A DNA stretch of 61,311 bases from an uncultured Planctomycetales bacterium (lineage in GTDB: Bacteria; Omnitrophota; Gorgyraeia; Zapsychrales; Fredricksoniimonadaceae). The notes below the pieces were generated by a model. That model saw only the letters and a list, made by a program, of their open reading frames with translations, searched no databases and was not told the origin of the DNA. Every line of letters begins with the position of its first letter. The stretch's first letter is position 1. Both the position numbers and the translations under genes were made by a program. The stretch is from the NCBI GenBank assembly GCA_964583975.1, contig CAZOXU010000011.1:1-61311 (forward strand), read 5' to 3'. Below are positions 1 through 9,265 of this stretch, one piece after another.

Positions 1-24
1 CCTTCAACCGCGATTCCACCACAT
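1..24. repeat. Terminal direct repeat, copy 1 (ccttcaaccgcgattccaccacat), identical to 61288..61311
   Basis: The first 24 nt of the window exactly equal the last 24 nt. Confidence 0.95.
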
Positions 25-616
25 ACGCTGTCCCTGCCTCGGCGTTCTCGTAAACCACCGCCTTCTCTGGAACGATCCACACCTTGTTAAAGGTATTCAC
101 TGGTATATTGGTTGTGTTGTACTTACTTTGGGCCTCTTCATAGATTCTCTTCCAAAACTTCTTTCCCACTTCATCTTCTGGATAAATGAGCGAGGCAGTG
201 ATTTGTTTGAGCATGTAGTCTTCTGCCAACAAATCTCGGCCCATCTCCGTTAAACCAAAGCTCTCTGGCACGATACGGTCTTTTTCGTAGGGAGATAGAT
301 TAACCCAGAGATCTCGCTCTGGCACGGTAAGGCTGGCGAGGAAATATTTGATGAGTCGATTGGCTTCATCATGTAGGGGCACAGCATGCTGTGCCCCTAC
401 ATCGCCCTGATCCATAATAAATTCAAATTGAAATGGATTATCCGGATGGACCTTGATGCCTTTCAAGATGGCTGGATTGACAGCGGGGCTGAGACTGACT
501 CGGACACCGGGTGTGGGTAAACGAATTTCCTGGGCCGAGGCAGGCAAAGGCCCAAAGGTATTAATTAAGAAAGCCACAAGGATGGCTATGTGGATTAATG
601 GGGTCGGTTTTCTCAT
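1..616 (-). CDS. 5' part (about 205 codons) of a giant-exoprotein family gene: signal peptide plus conserved N-terminal module; the ORF runs off the window start
   Basis: My own translation from the ATG at 616..614 reads MRKPTPLIHIAILVAFLINTFGPLPASAQEIRLPTPG...LWVNLSPYEKDRIVPE...NTFNKVWIVPEKAVVYENAEAGTAYVVESRLK. There is no stop before position 1. By eye it is clearly homologous to residues ~40-215 of the 33305..38098 protein. It is absent from the supplied ORF track because it has no stop in the window. Confidence 0.8.
   Translation of the reverse strand, partial: MRKPTPLIHIAILVAFLINTFGPLPASAQEIRLPTPGVRVSLSPAVNPAILKGIKVHPDNPFQFEFIMDQGDVGAQHAVPLHDEANRLIKYFLASLTVPERDLWVNLSPYEKDRIVPESFGLTEMGRDLLAEDYMLKQITASLIYPEDEVGKKFWKRIYEEAQSKYNTTNIPVNTFNKVWIVPEKAVVYENAEAGTAYVVESRLK
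373..400. repeat. 28-nt perfect GC-rich palindrome GTAGGGGCACAGCATGCTGTGCCCCTAC inside coding sequence
   Basis: The sequence is its own reverse complement. It shares the GTAGGGGC...GCCCCTAC termini with the 59-nt elements at 60939 and 61188. It encodes VGAQHAVPL in frame in a variable loop of the N-terminal module. Confidence 0.9.
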
Positions 617-691
617 ATCTATATAAAGTAAAGCATATATATTTTAGAAATCAAGACCTGGAAGCCTAATCTAAGATAACGCTTTCTTTAT

Positions 692-2275
692 CTATTTTTC
701 GATGTTAAATGAATCTGGGTTAGCGGTTTGAAAAGCACGAACGAACTCGGTAGGAAGCGGCTCTTTAAGCAGATCTCCATCTTTAATAAAAGGATAAATT
801 TCGCTGTAATCTTTAACTCTATCGGTAGACACGCGCCTTAAAAGATGCCATGGCCTTAACTGTTGCGGTCTTTCTAGTCCCATAGCTCCTAAAATCTCAG
901 CAAAACTTTTAACCGTGGTTCTATGAAAATTAGCTACTCTCTTATTTTTCTGTTCAACCACCAACCCCACCGTCAAATTAGGATCTTGAGTGGCAACCCC
1001 TGTGGGACAAGCATTGGTGTTACACTGCAGTGCTTGAATACATCCTAAAGCAAGCATCATGCCTCGAGAGGAATAACATAAATCTGCCCCCATGACCATA
1101 TGTTTGAGAATACCAAAACCAGAGTTAATTTTTCCTGAGGAAATGATCTTGATCTTATTACGTAAGGAAAGCCCTATTAAGGTATTATGTACAAAAATCA
1201 ATCCTTCATTGAGTGGAAAGCCAACATAATTAGAAAATTCCAAAGGAGCAGCACCCGTACCACCTTCACCTCCGTCCACCGTGATGAAATCAGGAGTGAT
1301 GCCAGTTTTCTGCATGGCTTTCGCAATCGCTACAAATTCGCGTGGTTTTCCAATACACAATTTAAAACCAATGGGCTTACCTCCGGAAAGTTCACGTAAT
1401 TTCTGGACAAATTGTAATAGTTCAACGGGTGTAGAGAATGCCGAATGTCCCGGCGGAGAAAGCACACTCTTGCCCATGGGTACGCCACGGATTTCAGCAA
1501 TTTCTTTAGTAAGTTTGGCAGCAGGTAAAATGCCTCCATGACCCGGCTTGGCTCCTTGGGATATTTTAATTTCAATCATCTTAACCTGAGGCAATTTGGC
1601 TTTGACAGAAAATTTCTCCGGTGAGAATTTACCATCTAGGTCACGACAACCAAAATACCCTGTTCCGATTTGCCAAATAACATCACCACCAGCCTCTAAG
1701 TGATAATGGCTTAAGCCACCTTCGCCAGTATTATGAGCAAAACCCCCCATCTTAGCACCCTGATTTAATGCACGAATAGCGTTCGAACTTAAAGACCCAA
1801 AACTCATAGCTCCAATATTAAAAATACTGGCCTTATAGGCTTGCTCTCCTTGGCCCACTACAACCCGTAAGGTTGCAGGATCCACATGCTTAGGCATAAT
1901 CGAATGTGTAACCCATTCGTAACCGACTTCGTAAACATTTTTCTGGGTCCCAAAAGGTATGGTATCTAATTCTCCTTTAGCTCGTTGATACACCAATGAA
2001 CGGTCTAAACGATTAAAAGGAGTGCCTGAGGTGTTGGACTCAACAAAATATTGATTGATTTCAGGACGTATGTGTTCCATGAAATAACGCAAATTACCGA
2101 TGACTGGAAAATTACGACGGATGGCTTGGTTTTTTTGAAGCATATCAACAAAACCAACATAGACTATAGGAGCAAAAATAACCCAAGACCACCATATGGG
2201 GGGAAATACAAATGCGATGGCCCAATTAATAATAATAAGAAAGAGAACTGAAAGAAGAAAAATTAATCTTACCAT
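692..2275 (-). CDS. FMN-binding glutamate synthase family protein (GltB central-domain-like) with an N-terminal membrane anchor
   Basis: 527-aa ORF. It has hydrophobic N-terminal helices followed by motifs typical of the GltS FMN-binding domain family (GAMSFGSLS, EGG, KISQGAKPGHGG, TVDGGEGGTGAAP). Confidence 0.8.
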   Translation of the reverse strand: MVRLIFLLSVLFLIIINWAIAFVFPPIWWSWVIFAPIVYVGFVDMLQKNQAIRRNFPVIGNLRYFMEHIRPEINQYFVESNTSGTPFNRLDRSLVYQRAKGELDTIPFGTQKNVYEVGYEWVTHSIMPKHVDPATLRVVVGQGEQAYKASIFNIGAMSFGSLSSNAIRALNQGAKMGGFAHNTGEGGLSHYHLEAGGDVIWQIGTGYFGCRDLDGKFSPEKFSVKAKLPQVKMIEIKISQGAKPGHGGILPAAKLTKEIAEIRGVPMGKSVLSPPGHSAFSTPVELLQFVQKLRELSGGKPIGFKLCIGKPREFVAIAKAMQKTGITPDFITVDGGEGGTGAAPLEFSNYVGFPLNEGLIFVHNTLIGLSLRNKIKIISSGKINSGFGILKHMVMGADLCYSSRGMMLALGCIQALQCNTNACPTGVATQDPNLTVGLVVEQKNKRVANFHRTTVKSFAEILGAMGLERPQQLRPWHLLRRVSTDRVKDYSEIYPFIKDGDLLKEPLPTEFVRAFQTANPDSFNIEK

Positions 2276-2306
2276 TGAGTGTATTCTAGAAGCACGACAA
2301 GAAAAA

Positions 2307-3119
2307 TCAAGCGCAGACTATACAAATTGAAGAATCATTGGCTAAATCTACCGTCGTTTGACGATCAATGATCAAAGTCTTGGCTGATTCAATAGCCAAG
2401 CAGGAAGCTTTGACCTTGGCCATGACCTTGATGGTTTTAGGACCAATGACAGGAATATCAAAGCGATGGTCTTGCTTAGGTTTACTTTGTTTAATAATCA
2501 CTGCTCCCTGATGAGCGATGCGTCCACCGCGTTCAATAGTGCGATCAGTGCCTTCCATTGCTTCAATAGCAACAATGGCTTTTTCTTTAATCACCACTGT
2601 TTGTCCGATATCGATACCGCCCATTAATTTGGCAATATTAATACCGAATTCGATGTCTTTTAATTCGCTAACCGTAGGACCACGCGATGTTAGCGTTCCC
2701 TGGGGAGCTAAATATTTCTTTAAAAGAAAGGTTGAATCTAAAAGACTCATACCTTCCTGGGCTAGGCGATCAGCCACTGCTGAAAATATAGTATCTGTTT
2801 TACGGTCCCTTAAAGCATCCGATAAAGCCTGGAATTCTTGATCTAATACAACGGATGGATTAAACAAATTATCTGGATTCACCTGTCCCGCCATGATGAT
2901 TTCTTTAATATTGAATCCTCGAAAATATTCAAACAGTCTTCTTAATTCACCAACTTTGAAATATTTAAATTGATCGACGTAAAACCTTAACAGAGGCGAG
3001 GTGTCTCCAATAACACCGGCTGCAACGATTTTATAACCTTGGTCACGCGCCGCACGGGCAAAAAGAAAGGGGAATTGATTATTACCAGCGATGAGTCCTA
3101 TGACCTTGGGAGAATTCAT
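2307..3119 (-). CDS. lpxI: UDP-2,3-diacylglucosamine pyrophosphatase LpxI (DUF1009 family)
   Basis: The N-terminus KVIGLIAGNNQFPFLFARAARDQGYKIVAAG and the C-terminal FDIPVIGPKTI are typical of LpxI. It lies directly downstream of lpxA. The start is trimmed to Met14 (MNSPKV) to remove the overlap with lpxA. Confidence 0.72.
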   Translation of the reverse strand: MNSPKVIGLIAGNNQFPFLFARAARDQGYKIVAAGVIGDTSPLLRFYVDQFKYFKVGELRRLFEYFRGFNIKEIIMAGQVNPDNLFNPSVVLDQEFQALSDALRDRKTDTIFSAVADRLAQEGMSLLDSTFLLKKYLAPQGTLTSRGPTVSELKDIEFGINIAKLMGGIDIGQTVVIKEKAIVAIEAMEGTDRTIERGGRIAHQGAVIIKQSKPKQDHRFDIPVIGPKTIKVMAKVKASCLAIESAKTLIIDRQTTVDLANDSSICIVCA

Positions 3120-3126
3120 CAAACTT

Positions 3127-3906
3127 TTAAGAGATCCCTCGTTTGGAGCTCTCAACAAACTCCAGAACCTTCATAACTTCAGGATGTTGACCTAATTGTT
3201 CTTGAACTTGAATCACAGCATTACTGCGGGCAAGACCAGAATTAAAAAGAATCTTGAAAGCTCGACGTAAAGCCAACAAAGCTTCGGAATTTAAATTAGC
3301 ACGTTTTAGACCAATAATATTTAAACCACGTAAGGTGGCAGGATTACCATCGACAATCGAATACGGAGGCACATCTTGATTAACCTTAGAACAACCACCA
3401 ATCATAGATAAATAACCGACCTTGGTAAACTGATGGACCCCTGAAAGACCGCCAATTACAGCCTTATCTTCAATCGTCACATGCCCGGAAAGTCCAACAT
3501 AATTAGCTAGCACACAATCATTGGCAATTTGACAATCATGCGCCACATGCGAACAAGCCATAAAAAGATTACCATTACCGATATTGGTTGTTCCTCCACC
3601 ATCCAATGTTCCTGGATTGACTGTCACATATTCACGAAAAATATTATCTCGACCGATTTTTAAATAAACCTTATCGGTTTTAGTATACTTTTTATCTTGA
3701 GGTGGAGAACCAATAACAGCACCTGTAAATAATTGGCAACCAGATCCCAAGGTTGTTCTTCCCTCGACCAAACAATGGTGGCCAATCGTAACATTATCCC
3801 CGATGGTCACGGGGCCTTCGATAACAGAGTAAGCTCCAATAATCACATTATTGCCTATTTGAGCATCACTGCTTATAACTGCTGTTTCATGAACTTGACT
3901 TGGCAT
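3127..3906 (-). CDS. lpxA: Acyl-ACP--UDP-N-acetylglucosamine O-acyltransferase
   Basis: 259 aa with left-handed beta-helix hexapeptide repeats and a C-terminal helical domain (GLNIIGLKRA). It sits within the lpxD-lpxC/fabZ-lpxA cluster. Confidence 0.9.
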   Translation of the reverse strand: MPSQVHETAVISSDAQIGNNVIIGAYSVIEGPVTIGDNVTIGHHCLVEGRTTLGSGCQLFTGAVIGSPPQDKKYTKTDKVYLKIGRDNIFREYVTVNPGTLDGGGTTNIGNGNLFMACSHVAHDCQIANDCVLANYVGLSGHVTIEDKAVIGGLSGVHQFTKVGYLSMIGGCSKVNQDVPPYSIVDGNPATLRGLNIIGLKRANLNSEALLALRRAFKILFNSGLARSNAVIQVQEQLGQHPEVMKVLEFVESSKRGIS

Positions 3907-3909
3907 AAA

Positions 3910-5211
3910 TTAACTCTTTAAATATTTGGCTTCCGTATAAGAAAACAACATATCCGCCTCGACAACTACTTCGCCAGCGACTTTACCAATACCTTTGACT
4001 TGGGCCGTTCTTTCACGGTCACGGATGATCTCTACTTCCATAACAAGTTGTTCTCCAGGAGAAACCACCTTACGAAATTTAACACCATCAATAGCCATGA
4101 ATAAAGCTACTTTATCAGGGTGTTCGCCACTTGTCAAAACAACAACACCTGCTGTTTGGGCCATAGCTTCAACCATTAAAACCCCAGGCATGACAGGCTT
4201 ACTAGGAAAATGCCCCTGAAAGAAATGTTCATTTATGGTGAGATTCTTGATTCCAATCCCCTTTTTACCTCTCTCAATCTCAACAACCTGGTCCACCAAT
4301 AAAAATGGATACCGATGAGGCAAAATTTTCATGATTTCGTTGATGTCAAAAACTCTTTGAGCTTTTGTCATAGCAGGATTCCTTTGCTGTTGTTCAATTT
4401 TCTTAATCAATACACGGTTTAAAGAATGGCCGCTCTTGGTAGCATACACCTTACCTTTGACGGCTCGGCCTAATAAAAAAAGATCTCCTACAATATCTAA
4501 CACTTTATGGCGAGCACATTCATTACTAAATCGAAGGGTGTTGTTTAACGGACCTCCTTCAGAAATAATCAAGGTATTTTGATGATTAGCCCCCTTACCC
4601 AAACCCCGTTCACGTATTTCGTTGGCTTCGCTTTCTAAACAAAATGTTCGCGCCGGTGCAATTTCTTTAAGAAAGTTGTCTCGATTAATACTAAAATCAA
4701 CGGTCTGTCGATTTAAAAACGGGTGTTCATAATCTAATGTATACGATACTGAAAAATTCTTATCTGGAATAATTACGATACTGGATTTCTCATTAGAAAC
4801 AACAATCGGCTGAAGCACTTCCAAATATCGATGAGGAGCATTTAACTCAACAATCCCCGCTGATTCAAGAATTTTAACAAACTCCAAACTACTACCATCT
4901 AACCCCGGAATTTCTGAACCATTAATTTCAATAAACACATTATCAATGCCCAAACCACTTAAGGCGGCCAACAAATGCTCCACAGTAATAATACGTACCC
5001 CCGAAGCCTCAATACAAGTACAACGGCTGACAGTCATGTCCATCACTACACTATCAGACTCGAGCTTGACAATAGGCTTACCTGAGATATCTACACGACA
5101 AAAACGAATACCTTCATCAACTTGTGCTGGCTTTAATGTCAGTGCGACGTTCTCTCCGGTGTGAAGGCCTGCTCCTGAAACAGTTACCGAATTTCTAATT
5201 GTCTTTTGCAT
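3910..5211 (-). CDS. lpxC/fabZ: Bifunctional UDP-3-O-acyl-GlcNAc deacetylase / 3-hydroxyacyl-ACP dehydratase (LpxC-FabZ fusion)
   Basis: The N-terminal ~280 aa are LpxC-like ([26 protein letters not shown]). The C-terminal ~150 aa are a FabZ hot-dog domain ([29 protein letters not shown]). Confidence 0.9.
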   Translation of the reverse strand: MQKTIRNSVTVSGAGLHTGENVALTLKPAQVDEGIRFCRVDISGKPIVKLESDSVVMDMTVSRCTCIEASGVRIITVEHLLAALSGLGIDNVFIEINGSEIPGLDGSSLEFVKILESAGIVELNAPHRYLEVLQPIVVSNEKSSIVIIPDKNFSVSYTLDYEHPFLNRQTVDFSINRDNFLKEIAPARTFCLESEANEIRERGLGKGANHQNTLIISEGGPLNNTLRFSNECARHKVLDIVGDLFLLGRAVKGKVYATKSGHSLNRVLIKKIEQQQRNPAMTKAQRVFDINEIMKILPHRYPFLLVDQVVEIERGKKGIGIKNLTINEHFFQGHFPSKPVMPGVLMVEAMAQTAGVVVLTSGEHPDKVALFMAIDGVKFRKVVSPGEQLVMEVEIIRDRERTAQVKGIGKVAGEVVVEADMLFSYTEAKYLKS

Positions 5212-6241
5212 GCTTTTGTTCTAAATCTTCAATACGTTTCTTTAAATCCTGGATGGTCTGAACGTAATGATCTAATCGTTGAATATGCGCGTTATTCCTA
5301 AAAGCATTCTTTAAAGGCTGCGCAGGTGAACCAAAAACCTGTTCACCTGCTTTAATGGATTTGCTGACCCCTGATTGAGCAGCCACAATAGCACCATCAC
5401 CAATGCTTAAATGTCCTACAATTCCAGCTTGACCAGCTAATATGACATGATTACCTAAATGAGTGCTTCCTGAAATTCCTACTTGGGCAATAATTAAACA
5501 ATGTTTACCAATGGTCACATTATGGGCGATATGGACCAAGTTATCAATCTTTGTCCCTTCACCAATAATAGTTTTTTCAAATCTAGCCCGATCAATAGTA
5601 ACATTGGCCCCAATTTCCACATCATCTTCAATCACAACCGTTCCGATTTGAGGAATTTTAATATGTTTGCCATCAACGGTCACATACCCATAACCATCAG
5701 AACCTACGACTGTTCCTGAATGAATAATAATACGATTTCCGAGAGTTATTTTTTCTCGTAAAATCACATTGGGATAAATCAAACAATTAGCCCCGACTTT
5801 TGTATCATGCCCCATATAACTATGAGCATGGATCTTTGTTCCATCTCCAACTGTTGCTTTTGATTCTATAACTACATAAGGACCAATGGCTACATCTTTA
5901 CCAATAATTGCATCAGAAGCAATAATGGCCGTTGGATGGATACCGCTTAATGAGGAGGCTAGATCTTTAAAGAAATAATTAATCGCTTTAGAAAAAGCCA
6001 GCGATGGATGGTCAACCTTAATAACGGTTTTGCCAGGCAAAGAAATCTGACGAGGAACAATGATAGCACTGGCCTTACTTTCCTTTGCCAGCGCTTCATA
6101 CTTAAGGTTTGCTAAGAATGATAAATCCCCTTCTTTAGCTTCTTTGAGTCCAGCGCATCCTGAGAGCTCAAGTCCTGCGCTGCCGATGAGCTCCCCTTCA
6201 ACCAAACGTGCAATATCGGCAATTGTCGTATGCATAATCAA
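5195..6241 (-). CDS. lpxD: UDP-3-O-acylglucosamine N-acyltransferase
   Basis: 348 aa with an LpxD N-terminal domain ([12 protein letters not shown]), a long hexapeptide-repeat region and a C-terminal coiled coil. Confidence 0.9.
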   Translation of the reverse strand: MIMHTTIADIARLVEGELIGSAGLELSGCAGLKEAKEGDLSFLANLKYEALAKESKASAIIVPRQISLPGKTVIKVDHPSLAFSKAINYFFKDLASSLSGIHPTAIIASDAIIGKDVAIGPYVVIESKATVGDGTKIHAHSYMGHDTKVGANCLIYPNVILREKITLGNRIIIHSGTVVGSDGYGYVTVDGKHIKIPQIGTVVIEDDVEIGANVTIDRARFEKTIIGEGTKIDNLVHIAHNVTIGKHCLIIAQVGISGSTHLGNHVILAGQAGIVGHLSIGDGAIVAAQSGVSKSIKAGEQVFGSPAQPLKNAFRNNAHIQRLDHYVQTIQDLKKRIEDLEQKHAKDN

Positions 6242-6245
6242 TCAA

Positions 6246-6749
6246 TTATTTCTTGTAACCGTCATTCAGAGCTTTCAAAACTTTTTCTGTAATATTAGAC
6301 TCTGCTCCAGCATAAACAATAACGGTTTCATTAAAAATAAAATCATACCCTTCTTTTTTAGCTATATCGCTCGCGACTTTTTCGATCTCTAAAAGAATTT
6401 CTTTTCTCTTCTCCTCGAAATTTTTTCCTAATTCAGATCTTTTTTGTTTCTGAAATTCCATTAAATCCATTTTTTGTTTATCGATGTTAGCTTGTAATTT
6501 AGATTTTTCATCTTCTTTTAACAATGCCAATTTGCTTTCAGCATCACGATACTTCTTTAACATCTCTTCCATTTGCTTTTGAGCATCTTGGGTTTCTTTT
6601 TGCAACTTAGCATCGTAATCCTTAGTCTTATTATAATTATTAAAAACCCCACCTAATTCTACGTAGGCAATTTTAAACTCTTTGGCGTGAACTGGAGTTG
6701 CTAATAGTGAAATAAAAACAAATAAAAATAATAACTTTGCTGCTTTCAT
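6246..6749 (-). CDS. skp: OmpH/Skp-family periplasmic chaperone
   Basis: Signal peptide MKAAKLLFLFVFISLLATPVHA followed by a lysine/glutamate-rich coiled coil. It sits between bamA and lpxD. A strong RBS (AAGGAGGG) lies in front of the Met at 6749; the longer track ORF is an upstream extension. Confidence 0.78.
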   Translation of the reverse strand: MKAAKLLFLFVFISLLATPVHAKEFKIAYVELGGVFNNYNKTKDYDAKLQKETQDAQKQMEEMLKKYRDAESKLALLKEDEKSKLQANIDKQKMDLMEFQKQKRSELGKNFEEKRKEILLEIEKVASDIAKKEGYDFIFNETVIVYAGAESNITEKVLKALNDGYKK

Positions 6750-6777
6750 ACAACCCTCCTTGAGTTTGGTTAAATAA

Positions 6778-9204
6778 TTAGAAACCTCGACTGACACTGA
6801 AGTAAAATTTACCGCTTTTTCGTTCGCCATTGGATTGCTTGTTTAATGGAAAACCATAATCAAGATTGATGGGACCAATAGGGGTTTTTACTCTCAATCC
6901 AGGACCAACACCAGTTTTAAGGCCACCACTTCCGTAGTCCTTGGCCTTGGCCCAGACATTTCCAGCATCAAAAAAGACCGCTGCTTTCATGATATCAATG
7001 ACAGGAACAGTATATTCCACTGTGCCTAAAATAGTTGACTCACCACCGATCGAATCCTCGCTAATTGGATCCAAAGGACCTATCTTACGTTCTTCATAAC
7101 CACGTACTGTATCTTGTCCACCAGCGAAATAGCGTTCAAAAATAGGCACGCTACCTTTGTTGCCATAGGCTTTAATCACACCTGTTCGTCCACCAATTTT
7201 GACAGTACTGACATAGTCTTCATTAAATTTAAAAGGAATATAATAACTGGCAGTTGTATTAAAACGATAGAAATTCTTGTCTCCCCCTAATGCTCCTCCA
7301 GCCACATCCGCACTATTGACCCACAATAAACCTGTTGTAGGGTTCAAAGGATTGTCTCTGTAATCATGCGTAAAAGAAATCCCAGTTGAACTGACAACAT
7401 TTTCTCCTTCTTCCGCTCTTAAATCACTGGCAACATTGGAATCCAAATTACCAATTTTGATTTGTTCAAGTTTGTAATAGGTATTGGTAGAGAAATTATC
7501 ATTAAAACTTTTTCCTAATCGAACATCCCCACCTAAGCGTCTTTCATCATAAGCATAACCATTGCTGCTATCCTTAGTAATCTTAGTAAGGAATCCGTCA
7601 AACCCGGCAGACACTGGATAGTCAAACACCCATGGTTCAGTAAAACTTAAAAGGGCTTGTTGTTGCGTTGAACCTAGTTGTCCACGCAGTTTTAAATCTT
7701 GTCCACCACCGGTAAATGAAGGCCAGTTGGCAAAATCAAAATTCTTTTGTTCAACTTCCGCAAAACCAACAACCTTATCTACAGTTGAATATCCGCCACC
7801 AAAGGAAAATGTTCCTGTTTTGGCTTCTTTGACTTGCACAACTAAATCTTTGTGGTCAGCGACATCGGTATCTTCAATATCATAACCAACATCTTCAAAA
7901 TAGCCTAAATTGCGCAGGCGCTCTTTGGATTTACGCAACTGTTTGCCATCAAATTGATCTCCAGGATACATACGCAATTCACGTCGGACGACTAAATCTC
8001 TAGTATGGGTATTGCCTTGGATCTTGATTTGATTGACATAGGCTAAATTGCCTTCTGTAACTGAGATTTTAATATCCACTTTTCCTGATTCTGTGTTGAA
8101 TGAGGTCGCTTCTTCTACAGAAGCGGTAATGTAACCTCGATCAAAATAAGAATTACGGATATTGTTTAAATCATCTTCTAATTTTTCATGGCTAAAAATA
8201 TTACCTGTTTTGATGTGTTTGATGCTGCTTGTTACATCGTATTCTGTAAAGATTGAATTTCCTGAAACAGAAACATTACCTACATAATAACGCTTACCTT
8301 CAACAATAGTGATATTCACATTAACTAAACCATGACTAAGCTCCTCTATCTTATAAGTAGCTTTAGCATCAATAAACCCGTTTTGTTCATAAAATGTTTG
8401 GATGCGGGTCATATCTTCTTGCAAGACATCATCCTTTAAATACGCTTTATTAAACAACCAAGCCCAACGCGACTTAATTGTTTTTATAATCTTCTTATTC
8501 GAATAGGCTGTATTGCCATAAACATAAATATGTCGAATCTTTGTTCTATAGCCTTCACGAATAATAAAATGTAAAGTAGCTTTGTTGGTAACCTCATCAA
8601 TCGATGACTCAACATCCACCTTAACCTGGCTTAATCCTTTTTTGCTGTAGAGTTCTTCAATAGTATTAACGTCTTCTTTGAGGGTTTTATTATCTAAAAA
8701 CTTGTCTTTCTTGGTGTTCATCTTACTCTCAAGGAATTTCTTGTTGTAATAACGTATTTTGGAGAATGTAATCTGATCGACAATTGGTTTTTCTTTCAAT
8801 CTCACAACTACGCGATAACCGCCATCCACATCCTCATGGTCAATTTGAACATCGGAGAAATGTCCTGTATTATATAAGCGTTTAAGATCATCCGAAGCCA
8901 CATTTTCTTGGTATTCCTGGCCAACACGAGTCTTAATCTTTGCTAAAACTTGGGCCACGCCAATCGACTTATTTCCTTGGATATCAATAGATTTAACTAT
9001 TTTGCTCGCAGGTGATACAAGCTCAACAGGTGCTTGATTGGTGGTAGGTTCTTGAAGCGTTAAACCTTGATTTTCTTCACTGGTAACAGAGGAAGATTGA
9101 ACTTCTTGAGAATTTGTCGTAACTATTTGCGCCAAAACATCTTTAATTCCTAAACTAAAACTGCAAGAAAGTATCAAAACGAGAAATAAATGGTTTTTAT
9201 TCAT
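6778..9204 (-). CDS. bamA: Outer-membrane protein assembly factor BamA
   Basis: Signal peptide from the Met at 9204 (MNKNHLFLVLILSCSF), POTRA repeats and a C-terminal beta-barrel ending ...KFYFSVSRGF. The track ORF start (9306) overlaps the end of dnaB. Confidence 0.9.
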   Translation of the reverse strand: MNKNHLFLVLILSCSFSLGIKDVLAQIVTTNSQEVQSSSVTSEENQGLTLQEPTTNQAPVELVSPASKIVKSIDIQGNKSIGVAQVLAKIKTRVGQEYQENVASDDLKRLYNTGHFSDVQIDHEDVDGGYRVVVRLKEKPIVDQITFSKIRYYNKKFLESKMNTKKDKFLDNKTLKEDVNTIEELYSKKGLSQVKVDVESSIDEVTNKATLHFIIREGYRTKIRHIYVYGNTAYSNKKIIKTIKSRWAWLFNKAYLKDDVLQEDMTRIQTFYEQNGFIDAKATYKIEELSHGLVNVNITIVEGKRYYVGNVSVSGNSIFTEYDVTSSIKHIKTGNIFSHEKLEDDLNNIRNSYFDRGYITASVEEATSFNTESGKVDIKISVTEGNLAYVNQIKIQGNTHTRDLVVRRELRMYPGDQFDGKQLRKSKERLRNLGYFEDVGYDIEDTDVADHKDLVVQVKEAKTGTFSFGGGYSTVDKVVGFAEVEQKNFDFANWPSFTGGGQDLKLRGQLGSTQQQALLSFTEPWVFDYPVSAGFDGFLTKITKDSSNGYAYDERRLGGDVRLGKSFNDNFSTNTYYKLEQIKIGNLDSNVASDLRAEEGENVVSSTGISFTHDYRDNPLNPTTGLLWVNSADVAGGALGGDKNFYRFNTTASYYIPFKFNEDYVSTVKIGGRTGVIKAYGNKGSVPIFERYFAGGQDTVRGYEERKIGPLDPISEDSIGGESTILGTVEYTVPVIDIMKAAVFFDAGNVWAKAKDYGSGGLKTGVGPGLRVKTPIGPINLDYGFPLNKQSNGERKSGKFYFSVSRGF

Positions 9205-9265
9205 GCGGTGATTATAAAGTTTGTTATCTTCTGTGTCAACGAACATCACGGTTATTTTCCTTAAT

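Noticed and set aside
1187-2251. Short ORFs on the plus strand or in other frames inside the gltB-like gene (1187..1399, 1281..1541, 1330..1575, 2051..2251)
   Set aside because: They lie entirely within a long, well-supported CDS, have low-complexity or odd composition and no start context. They are shadow ORFs. The same reasoning applies to the many 60-160-aa antisense or alternate-frame ORFs in the track, for example 2518..2841, 9720..10076, 12605..12892, 23267..23731, 40476..40775, 49927..50259, 52062..52556 and 53327..53677.
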